NCBI RefSeq assembly: GCF_006345805.1
Contig: NC_043002.1
Location: forward strand, 90,086,001 to 90,150,000
Direction of reading: 5' to 3'
Source of the DNA: Octopus sinensis
Lineage: Eukaryota
Length of the DNA stretch: 64,000 nucleotides
In this document: positions 24,608 through 36,270 of the stretch, one piece after another
Numbering within the stretch: position 1 is the stretch's first letter
How the letters are laid out: the number at the start of each line of letters is the position of its first letter
The notes under the pieces: generated by a model
Databases searched by the model: none
What the model was told of the DNA's origin: nothing
Seen by the model: only the letters and a program-made list of their open reading frames with translations
Program-made: the position numbers and the translations under genes

Positions 24608-27600
24608 ACCAGCCCAATTGCATTTTATGTGTCCCTGGCACAAGAACATTTTACATGGGACCAGCCCAATTGCATTTTATGTGTCCCTGGCACAAGAACA
24701 TTTTACATGGGACCAGCCCAATTGCATTTTATGTGTCCCTAGCACAAGAACATTTTACATGGGACCAGCCCAATTGCATTTTATGTGTCCCTGGCACAAG
24801 AACATTTTACATGGGACCAGCCCAATTGCATTTTATGTGTCCCTGGCACAACATTTTACATGGGACCAGCCCAATTGCATTTTATGTGTCCCTGGCACAA
24901 GAACATTTTACATGGGACCAGCCCAATTGCATTTTATGTGTCCCTGGCACAAGAACATTTTACATGGGACCAGCCCAATTGCATTTTATGTGTCCCTGGC
25001 ACAAGAACATTTTACATGGGACCAGCCCAATTGCATTTTATGTGTCCCTGGCACAAGAACATTTTACATGGGACCAGCCCAATTGCATTTTATGTGTCCC
25101 TGGCACAAGAACATTTTACATGGGACCAGCCCAATTGCATTTTATGTGTCCCTGGCACAAGAACATTTTACATGGGACCAGCCCAAGTGCATTTTATGTG
25201 TCCCTGGCACAAGAACATTTTACATGGGACCAGCCCAATTGCATTTTATGTGTCCCTGGCACAAGAACATTTTACATGGGACCAGCCCATTGCATTTTAT
25301 GTGTCCCTGGCACAAGAACATTTTACATGGGACCAGCCCAATTGCATTTTATGTGTCCCTGGCACAAGAACATTTTACATGGGACCAGCCCAATTGCATT
25401 TTATGTGTCCCTGGCACAACATTTTACATGGGACCAGCCCAATTGCATTTTATGTGTCCCTGGCACAAGAACATTTTACATGGGACCAGCCCAATTGCAT
25501 TTTATGTGTCCCTGGCACAACATTTTACATGGGACCAGCCCAATTGCATTTTATGTGTCCCTGGCACAAGAACATTTTACATGGGACCAGCCCAATTGCA
25601 TTTTATGTGTCCCTGGCACAACATTTTACATGGGACCAGCCAATTGCATTTTATGTGTCCCTGGCACAAGAACATTTTACATGGGACCAGCCCAATTGCA
25701 TTTTATGTGTCCCTGGCACAAGAACATTTTACATGGGACCAGCCCAATTGCATTTTATGTGTCCCTGGCACAAGAACATTTTACATGGGACCAGCCCAAT
25801 TGCATTTTATGTGTCCCTGGCACAAGAACATTTTACATGGGACCAGCCCAATTGCATTTTATGTGTCCCTGGCACAAGAACATTTTACATGGGACCAGCC
25901 CAAGTGCATTTTATGTGTCCCTGGCACAAGAACATTTTACATGGGACCAGCCCAATTGCATTTTATGTGTCCCTGGCACAAGAACATTTTACATGGGACC
26001 AGCCCAATTGCATTTTATGTGTCCCTGGCACAAGAACATTTTACATGGGACCAGCCAATTGCATTTTATGTGTCCCTGGCACAAGAACATTTTACATGGG
26101 ACCAGCCCAATTGCATTTTATGTGTCCCTGGCACAACATTTTACATGGGACCAGCCCAATTGCATTTTATGTGTCCCTGGCACAAGAACATTTTACATGG
26201 GACCAGCCCAATTGCATTTTATGTGTCCCTGGCACAACATTTTACATGGGACCAGCCCAATTGCATTTTATGTGTCCCTGGCACAAGAACATTTTACATG
26301 GGACCAGCCCAATTGCATTTTATGTGTCCCTGGCACAACATTTTACATGGGACCAGCCCAATTGCATTTTATGTGTCCCTGGCACAAGAACATTTTACAT
26401 GGGACCAGCCCAATTGCATTTTATGTGTCCCTGGCACAACATTTTACATGGGACCAGCCCAATTGCATTTTATGTGTCCCTGGCACAAGAACATTTTACA
26501 TGGGACCAGCCCAATTGCATTTTATGTGTCCCTGGCACAAGAACATTTTACATGGGACCAGCCCAATTGCATTTTATGTGTCCCTGGCACAAGAACATTT
26601 TACATGGGACCAGCCCAATTGCATTTTATGTGTCCCTGGCACAAGAACATTTTACATGGGACCAGCCCAATTGCATTTTATGTGTCCCTGGCACAAGAAC
26701 ATTTTACATGGGACCAGCCCAAGTGCATTTTATGTGTCCCTGGCACAAGAACATTTTACATGGGACCAGCCCAATTGCATTTTATGTGTCCCTGGCACAA
26801 GAACATTTTACATGGGACCAGCCCAATTGCATTTTATGTGTCCCTGGCACAAGAACATTTTACATGGGACCAGCACAAGTGCATTTTATGTGTCCCTGGC
26901 ACAAGAACATTTTACATGGGACCAGCCCAATTGCATTTTATGTGTCCCTGGCACAAGAACATTTTACATGGGACCAGCCCAAGTGCATTTTATGTGTCCC
27001 TGGCACAAGAACATTTTACATGGGACCAGCCCAATTGCATTTTATGTGTCCCTGGCACAAGAACATTTTACATGGGACCAGCCCAATTGCATTTTATGTG
27101 TCCCTGGCACAAGAACATTTTACATGGGACCAGCCCAATTGCATTTTATGTGTCCCTGGCACAAGAACATTTTACATGGGACCAGCCCAATTGCATTTTA
27201 TGTGTCCCTGGCACAAGAACATTTTACATGGGACCAGCCCAATTGCATTTTATGTGTCCCTGGCACAAGAACATTTTACATGGGACCAGCCCAAGTGCAT
27301 TTTATGTGTCCCTGGCACAAGAACATTTTACATGGGACCAGCCCAATTGCATTTTATGTGTCCCTGGCACAAGAACATTTTACATGGGACCAGCCCAATT
27401 GCATTTTATGTGTCCCTGGCACAAGAACATTTTACATGGGACCAGCACAAGTGCATTTTATGTGTCCCTGGCACAAGAACATTTTACATGGGACCAGCCC
27501 AATTGCATTTTATGTGTCCCTGGCACAAGAACATTTTACATGGGACCAGCACAAGTGCATTTTATGTGTCCCTGGCACAAGAACATTTTACATGGGACCA

Positions 27601-27620
27601 GCACAAGTGCATTTTATGTG
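24608..27620. repeat. 52-bp satellite, ~58 near-identical units
   Basis: Unit ACCAGCCCAATTGCATTTTATGTGTCCCTGGCACAAGAACATTTTACATGGG; itself a diverged 26+26 dimer. Confidence 0.98.
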
Positions 27621-27733
27621 ACATTGGCATCTATAATTACAAATTCATAGAGTATTTACAGCTCTGCAATAGACCAAAAACAATAACTCCAAAAGATAAA
27701 AAACAAAACAAACAACAAACTTAATGCATTACC

Positions 27734-27963
27734 TATTTCTTTATTACCCACAAGGGGCTAAACACAGAGGGGACAAACAAGGACAGACATAGGTATTAAG
27801 TCGATTACATCGACCCCAGTGCGTAACTGGTACTTAATTTATCGACCCCGAAAGGATGAAAGGCAAAGTCGACCTCGGCAGAATTTGAACTCACAACATA
27901 ACGGCAGACGAAATACCGCTAAGCATTTCGCCCGGCGTGCTAACGTTTCTGCCAGCTCGCCTC
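27734..27963 (-). mobile_element. SINE family B with TSD
   Basis: TSD CAAAC(T)TAATGCATTACC on both sides. Confidence 0.93.
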
Positions 27964-28559
27964 CAAACTAATGCATTACCATTTTCTTAGTGTGTTAGAA
28001 TTTGTTCTGTGACTGAAACTCTTATTATAACCTCAACTTAATAAGACATTTGGTTCTACTAATTTCCGGTCTACTGTGGTCAACAAGTCTGATTTCAATA
28101 TTATCTACAAACAGAATACCTTAACCAATCCAAAACCTTTTGTAAATGTGAAATGTCCAATCAGTGAAGGCATTGCATTGTATGACCATGAGGTCATGAG
28201 GTATTATTTAGTGTTTCATTGTGTTTCAGGGTATTTTACTCTACATTGCTACTTCAGTTCATTTAACTGTAAAACAATTAATATGTAGAGTTACTTGTCA
28301 AAGACTTGAATCATTTTCTTTGGGAAATATTTGTTCTTCAACTGCTATTATGAATGCAGTTCACATGGCATTTTGTGGTTTGTGTAAGATTTTTGAAATT
28401 CTTGTGGTTAGCAAACATCAAAATTTCTTTAATTTCCTTTTCACCATTAAAGACTGCAAATCTTATGAAGCTGATATGATTTTCTCGTTGAAACTTGCAT
28501 TTCATTATAATATACTATGTTAGCCAGATGAACACCACAACTTTTAGTGGAGTACATTT

Positions 28560-28830
28560 TGTACACAACCTGACCAAGTGTCACATCAATGTAAAAACTT
28601 GGGAAAAGTTAATTGAAAACAACAGCATGGAAAATCTAGGTAAATAAGGGAGTCAAACAGCTCAGGGAAGAAAACATCCTGGCTTTTGAAGCAAAATGCC
28701 AAAGAAACAAAGACAATGCACCACAGCCCTGCAGCACCTTCCTTGCTTGCAGATTTTGCAGCAGAGCCTGCTCATCAAACTTAGGAAGGATCAGCCATGA
28801 GAGAAGCTGCAGGAAGAAGACTACAAGTGC
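28560..28830 (+). pseudogene. RTE-BovB-type LINE C-terminal remnant
   Basis: Translation WEKL...VNKGVKQLREE...CRFCSRACSSNLGRISHERSC fits the CxxC...SxxGxxSH C-terminal zinc finger. Confidence 0.65.
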
Positions 28831-28838
28831 CTAATTAA

Positions 28839-29059
28839 CCCTTTCGTTATCAGCCCGGCTGAAACCGACTCTGGCTCTGAATACAAATGTCTTGTTTTTG
28901 TAAGTTTTGAATTAAAATCTTCCATCAAACCTTAGTCATAATTTGTGTTCCCAAACATTAGCTGAATGATAACTAAGTTATTTTACTAAATTTTTTGTTA
29001 TATTTAAAGTAATTGAAAGAAATACAGAACATCTCAAAATAAATACAGTAATGAAAGAG
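28839..29059. mobile_element. piggyBac-like MITE
   Basis: TTAA flanks; homologous to 19636-19854. Confidence 0.82.
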
Positions 29060-30509
29060 TTAAGGCATTCTCTGCTGCTTAGACAGCCAAGATGTAAAAA
29101 GCCATATATTTTGTTGTAGGCAATCAAGCCACATCTCAGTTCTGTGGGTAACATCCACTCTTTATCCCACCAGCTATGGCAGCACTGAAAGTAGTCATGC
29201 AGCAGGTTCTTTGTCCTTTGACTAAACGATAGATCCTAAAATATATCTCTAAGTATGTCTGAAGAGGTTGTTCTCAGAGTTATAATGTTATTAATTCTCT
29301 AATCACAACTGAATCAAGTTCAGTTCCTTGTTTTTAGCCATAACAGTTTACCACGAGACAATGAGGAAACCTGTAACCAATCACTCAACTTACTAGAAAT
29401 AGCAGCCAGATACCACTCAATTAACACTATCTTTTCAAATAAAGATTTTATTGGAAGGTCTAATCCATGATGAACAAGATGGTTATGGCTGGATTGTCTA
29501 CTAAATAAAGATTAACTAGACACTAAACAACAACATCAACAATTACTATACTTGTGTAAGATGAGAAATAGTGATACCTTATCCAATCAGTTGTTATACC
29601 TCCACTGACAATAGTTACGTCCTATAAATACAAGAGTGTCATTAATACAGGTGTATTTTACAGGAAGTTAGATAGACTGACAATGCCTAAAACCGACAAT
29701 GATATTCGTTACTTTTGACACCAGGAAATATCTAAAAACTAGCCATGTCATCCCGGGCTTATAAATTTGTACACTAATGTCTCCTACATGTTATTGATTT
29801 CAAATAATGCTGTAAGTTTGACTTTTAAATGTGGCATGCCTAAATCTTCTCTCTCTCCATTTTTATCTCTTTCTCTTTTTTCTCTCTCCCTTTTGGTCCC
29901 ATTCTCTTTTTTTCAAACACACACACACACACAATTTGTTCTCAACAAATCTTCTCTACTCAAACTCACTATGTATGTAGCAGTTAAGAACACATATTTT
30001 AAAGGTGGAATAGGAGGCTTACATGCTATGTAGACTCTCACCTGAAGCAAGCCAATTGAGTATAACATTCACCCCTACAGCTACATCAATCAATTGACCA
30101 TAGCTGTTACCTTTGTACTCAGCAGAAAACTGGAAGTTCTTACTTACAAGGTAACTTACTGAGTGATATAGACAAAATCTGTGACTGCTGTAAAGTTCCA
30201 GCTAGATTGAATGTGATGTATTGATGGAATAGGGAAGTAGACGGAGCCATAAAAGTGCAGGGACAAGCCTGGAAGGATTGGAAGAATAGAGGTAGCAGAG
30301 AATTATATATAAAACCAAGATGTTGTTAGTGAGAAGTGTGCTTGGCTGATTAATGGTACACTTACACTTAGTGATTCTGATGGAAAATAGAATCTGTGTC
30401 ATTCATGCATTCCCAAAATGAAAATAGAAATATTTACATTCAGGAATAAAAACTGGTACATATATTGCATTCATAGTTCCACCTTGATTTAAGTCTGTTC
30501 AGAAGTAAG

Positions 30510-30960
30510 TTGAACGGTCCATCATTCTAGTAATCATCATCGGTACCACCTGTGTCCAAGTTTGATTCATCTGGTGCCTCCAAGATTCTTAAACCTGACA
30601 TGGCTCAGAAGGCCAAGTCAGGAATAGAACAGCCTTAGGCATTAATTGCATGGCAGGGCAGGAGGTGATCTTGGTTGGAGTTGCTGTGCCTTGTGTTGCC
30701 TTCTTTTTAGTTCTTCTTCAGTCTTTCTCCTTTCCTTGAAAGTGGAACAAAATGAAATGAATTGCTCTTCTCCAGGATGGATGTTCAGCAGCTTCTGTTT
30801 CCCAGGTGTTAGGGTTAATTCTAGCTTGAAAGAGAGAGGACTTCAGTTGGCTTTTGAACCTGCATTTTGGGGCTCCTTGATGTTGTTTGCCATAGATGAG
30901 CTCACTGCAGAGGATGATCTACAAGAGTCTTGGGGATGCTATTTGGACAACATGTCTTGA
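30510..30960 (-). pseudogene. RTE-BovB-type LINE 3' remnant
   Basis: Minus strand HQGAPKCRFKSQLKSSLFQARINPNTWETEAAEHPSWRRAI and CN*CLRLFYS*LGLLSHVR. Confidence 0.75.
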
Positions 30961-31864
30961 CCACCTGAGATGATGCTTGTGGATGACAGCTTGAGACATA
31001 ACCAGTAACTAGTAGAGTATTACACTATGCGCTTCTATATATAGCTTATGGTGGTTTATGATAAATTCACCCAATGTACTCTAAAGAAGTTGCTTGTGAG
31101 TGGAAACAACATAAGGTCGAGACAACCTCTTAGTTTTATTGAAGATATGATGACCTTTCTAGAGCTGGTCAATGATAAAAATGCACTTTGTATACTTTGT
31201 AAAGTGAATGGTGTTCAGAAGAGCATCCAGACATGGAAACTATGACTAGATTAGAACATATGACCAAGAATTGGTTCTGAGATTCATAGTGGAAAATCTT
31301 AATAAGAAGTGACTTGGATTGTGATGATCTATCCAACACATGCCAATATAGAAAATGGACATAACAATGGTGATGATGATAATACAGGATGTGAAGAAGT
31401 CAAGAAGCGCAGATAGATTGCTTCGCCAACCGCCACACCCCTCTGCCTGTTTTGTATATCAGTTGGCTCTGATGATGGCAGCTATATTTGTTCTTCTACA
31501 GAATATTCTGCATTGAATTATAATAACATGAACATATCACAATATGATGCTATAATTCTAAGTTTTCAAGTAATGATATATTCTAACACATTCTACAATA
31601 TACTGCTGTCATTCAAATCAGAGTATATCTCAAGTGTAGTGAAAAGTAGGGATTTAAAAACATTCTATTATTCTGTGGTTATTGACATCAGGAGTCAGTT
31701 TAAACTCTTTAGAGTTTATTTCAACATCGGCGTCTCCAAAGCATGTCAAATTCTCCATCATTTCATCAGGTAACATATATCTTTGTTTGAATATGGTGTG
31801 AAATCTTCTGATGAAATAGATAGGATGTGAAAGACTTAGGTCAAGAGACATTTGAAAATGTTCC

Positions 31865-31927
<63 letters not shown>

Positions 31928-32817
31928 TATATTCATATACACACACATTTACTAATAAGCAATGTATAGATGTGTAGTTTATGTATAATAAAATTTTCAG
32001 CAAATACTGCAAATGTATACTTTAAAACTTTTTGCAATTGTTGTTTTTTCAAACTTTATCAATATCATTTACACAAAATTACAGTTTTCGATTTTCATAT
32101 CTAGCATTAAGTAATTAATAATTGTTAATTGTTAATTAGCTATATTATTGGTAATCATTGTGACTACAATTCTTAGCCATAAAATTAATTGAAATTCTTC
32201 GTCGCTGATTTGTTGATGGTGGCAGCAAAGAAATAATGATGTCTGCCAATCAAAACCTTCCATTTCACTTTCTGCCAATATTGTTAGTGTGGAATGGCTG
32301 TAACTTCATGGTACCACTAATCTTTAGCAAATCTTTATAATGGCGACAAGCAATTTATGATATTGCATCAAACATGAAGACTACGTCTTCTGTCATACTG
32401 TACATGCATATCTGCAGCCACCACCACTTCGGTCACTGTCGTAACCACTATATCTGCAGAAATAGCAACAGTTAATGTAATATTTAATCTGCTTCCAACT
32501 GCAATCAGGAACATCCAGTGATTCCCTCATATCCATCTCCATATATGCACACACACACACATCAAAGCTGGTCCTCAGTTTGGGCAACTTCTTTTGTTGT
32601 TGTTGGTGTTGTTGACATAAAGTCTAGATTTCCATTAAAAGTTTATTATTAATCTGTATTGATTTCCACGATGTGTCTGCCCTATTGATCCACACCAAGT
32701 TAATTAACCTATTTACAAAATAGTTGCTATCTTTCTCTGTATCCCTGCATATAGTGCCAGTGAAATCTGCTTACACAATCTATTGTTAATAATATCAATG
32801 TATGAAAACTAATATCA

Positions 32818-33149
32818 ATGTATGGCTCAGTGGTTAGAGCATCGAGCTTACGACTGTGAGGTTGTGAGCTCGAATCTCGAACCAGGTTGCGTGTTGTGTT
32901 CTTGAGCAAGACACTTTATTTCATGTTGCTCCAGTTCACTCAGCTGTAGAAATGAGTTGTGACGTCACAGGTTCCGAGCTGTATTGGCCATTGCTTTTCC
33001 CTTGGATATCACTGGTAGCATGGAGAGGGGAGACCGGTATGCATGGGCAACTGCTGGTCTTCCATAAACAACCTAGCCCGGACTTGTACCTAGGAGGATA
33101 ACTTTCTAGGTGCAATCCTATGGTCTGCGTCGTGACCAAAGGAGGTCTC
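32818..33149 (+). mobile_element. tRNA-derived SINE family E
   Basis: TGGCTCAGTGGTTAGAGC A box, GCTCGAATC B-box remnant, CORE-like CTTGAGCAAGACACTT; second copy at 53657. Confidence 0.85.
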
Positions 33150-33370
33150 AGAATGAAAACTATAGATGGCTGAATTAATATGCTGCTGGATTGCCATTTG
33201 ATGGATTGACATTTTCATATCAAGATCCTGGCATGGCCAAGTGATTGCATACTCCACAATAACGGGCTTCTCACTTTTATTGTACCGGGTGACATTCTCA
33301 TAGCATTGGGTCAACCAATGTGTTTCAAGAAGAATGTGAACAGAAAATGTGTGTAAGCCTGTTATATGTA

Positions 33371-33408
<38 letters not shown>

Positions 33409-34166
33409 AGTGAGTGTGTGTGTGTGTGTTTGTACGTATGTATATGTGTAGCTGTTGGGGGTGTATGGCCTAGTTGTCAGAGTGTTACACTCATGATTGT
33501 TTCACAACCAGATGTCCATCTTGTCACTTACCCTTACCTGTTTTCCAAGTAAAGAATCTCTTATTCCATATGTTTTTGAAACTACAGAGCCAGTGGGGGA
33601 TTCGTTGACAGGGAAGTGACAACTAACTTCACTACTTGTAACTCAATGCTTTCTTTTATGCAAAAGACACAGAGGCACTCCCTCATACACTATTTGCAGT
33701 CAATAAGGATTAATAGAATATGTTGCTATTTGCATCTTAAACTGGTCCAGCTTACTGAATTTTTGTGTCTCCAGTGTTTATTTCAAACCAGCAGTGCTAC
33801 CAGCCCAGAACATTCTGGAAATTATTTATAGGATCAAACTAAAAGTCCTCCAGCACAAACATTTCAGTTTATTTTCATTGATATCCGCAGTTTCTCTGAG
33901 AATTTGCCCACCAAAAATCCTGTATAAAATTCCATCTTGTTACCTAGCACATTACTCAACTAGTAGAGTGTCATGCGTACTTGACAACATACCAGATGCC
34001 AAGCATCCTGTCTCAGCCTTTGCTTGACCCACGACTGCACCTCTGTTAAGGAGACAGTCTGTGGAAAAAATGTGTCAAATAGTGACTGCATCAGTGCATA
34101 CCTGCATCTCATCAGCTATGGCATACCCAGTCCGCACAACATATGTTGATAGAAAAAGGAGTATCT

Positions 34167-34398
34167 TATTTCTTTATTGCCCACAAGGGGCTAAACATAG
34201 AGGGGACAAACAAAGACAGACAAAGGGATTAAATCGATTAGATTGATCCCAGTGCACAACTGGTACTTAATTTATCGACACCGAAAGGATGAAAGGCAAA
34301 GTTGACCTTGGCGGAATTTGAACTCAGAACGTAACGGCAGATGAAATACCACTAAGCATTTTGCCCGGCGTGCTAATGATTCTGCCAACTCGTCGCCT
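34167..34398 (-). mobile_element. SINE family B with 17-bp TSD
   Basis: TAGAAAA(A/T)GGAGTATCT on both sides. Confidence 0.92.
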
Positions 34399-35871
34399 TA
34401 GAAAATGGAGTATCTGACTAATGGTGAAACACATCTCTTTCACAGATAAAATTCAAAAAGGCAGAAGAGTAGAAACTCCAGGTGGATTAGATATGAACTG
34501 GGACAAGACTTGATGGTCTGGTGATTATAGAGAATGGAGGTAATAGAGGTGTTCACCATCCTTTCAGGGATAACTTCATTTTGGACTATTTCTGGGTATG
34601 GTTGGCTATCCTACCTGTCTATCTCATCACAGTTTTTCTCTACCTGGCCATCTGGACTCAACCAGAAGCCTACCTCCTCAGGTACCAAACTGTAGGCCTT
34701 TTCTTGGTTGATTTTGACTCCTGTTACCGTTTCATTGTCCCTAAGAACAGTGCTGATCACCTTGGTATGCTTAGCGTTTGACACTATTATAGTGACATCT
34801 ACTTATGCTGAAACAGATCTGCATTCTCCCTTGCATTCTCTAACAATTTTGATAGATTGAGTGTATGTTACTGGATGGTTCTGATAAGTGGCCATTCACT
34901 GAAACTACTGAACAGATATTGATGTACATTGTGGTGATTCTGTCCCTGAAGATTAGAGCAAAACTGGTTTTAGTGTGAAGATAGTCATGATCCTATCAAA
35001 AGCTTTTGAGTGAAGTTGATCAGAATCTCATCCATGTCAGGTTCCTTAGCCACTCTCTCTCTCTCTCTCTCTCTTTGATGCATCATATGAGGTGGAGGTC
35101 GTCATCGATAGATCTGCTTGGGATGGAACATATTTGCTCATCACCAATCAGCTACTAAAAATAAGCACCAACTTTTCACTAACATGTTGGCCAAAATCTT
35201 GAAATTGACAATGATGTAGAGTAATGAACCAAAAATGGTCAATGCGGTCCCCTTTGTTAGGTTCTTTCTCAGGAGTGCTACTGCTTCCTAATTCACAGAA
35301 CTAGGGATTCTTCCATCCTACTGCCAGTAGCAGTAGATACCTGCCAAGAGGTGGCTGAACAAGTCTGGCATATAAACATGAAGCTTATAAGATAGGCCTC
35401 TATCCAGGTTGTTTGCCTCTCATGCAGCTGCTATTGGTTTTTCACATCTACCTTTGTTGCTGAGAGTTGCAAGCAAGCTGTTGAGGCAGGCATTGAAGTC
35501 CATCCTATGATCTGCCTGTCACAAGTTGAGCAAAGTGCTATCGAAAAGTCATGCACATCTACATGAGATCTAATAGCATGCACTCATCATGGGCCACTAA
35601 AGATAGAACTATGTCTTTATTGCCATGGCCATGTTGTACCTCTATCATATGGGTGCATCAAATGGATTTTATTCCTTTATGCTAAGAGGATGCATCTTAG
35701 CTTCAGCAATGCAGCCTTTATGCTTTGTACTGAAGAATGGATCAAAAGTTAGTCTCACTGTAGGTATGTCAGTCATGATGCCTTTCCTAAGTACCTCTTC
35801 TAAGTTTCTAACTAGATTTCGTTCTAATTAGTTTTTTCTGAATCTTGTCCCTTATGAAGCCTTATCAATTA

Positions 35872-36270
35872 CTAGCAGTATTGCCCGGTGTTGCTCGGGT
35901 TTGTAAGGGAAATAACTATATAAGCATTTTTAGAGAGTTATAGCCAAAAGATAGAAAAAAAATGCATTAAAAATGGAAAAGAAATTATGGTAAATTTTTT
36001 AAAAAATCGTTGACTCATCGTAGACATTTTTAGAGAGTTACTTCCCTTATATAATAGCGAAAAAAATGCATTAAAATGGAAAAAAATGATGGTAAATTTT
36101 TTTTTAAATCGTAGACTCATTGTAGACGCACGCTAATACCCAGAAGGGCTCGATATGAATCACGACTATAAGATACCCGGTTTTGGTTAAACTGCACCAC
36201 AAAATGTGGGAGTAGTTAGGAATCTAAATCGTAGGAGACAGACACACAACTTCACTTTTATATATAAAGA
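35872..36270 (-). mobile_element. non-autonomous Helitron, copy 2
   Basis: Same A|TC...hairpin-CTAG|T structure; near-identical to 15945-16344. Confidence 0.85.

Noticed and set aside
24608-27620. CRISPR-like array
   Set aside because: No unique spacers, head-to-tail repeats only, eukaryotic context, no cas genes
24540-27724. Three ~1000-aa ORFs as genuine CDS
   Set aside because: They are translations of a non-triplet 52-bp satellite derived from a SINE; all frames give the same peptide and there is no unique domain or codon-level constraint
30646-30960. 104-aa plus-strand ORF
   Set aside because: Antisense of an RTE-BovB remnant
32818-32890. tRNA genes here and at 15250-15324 and 53290-53365
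   Set aside because: The A/B boxes belong to multicopy SINE heads and I could not fold a complete cloverleaf
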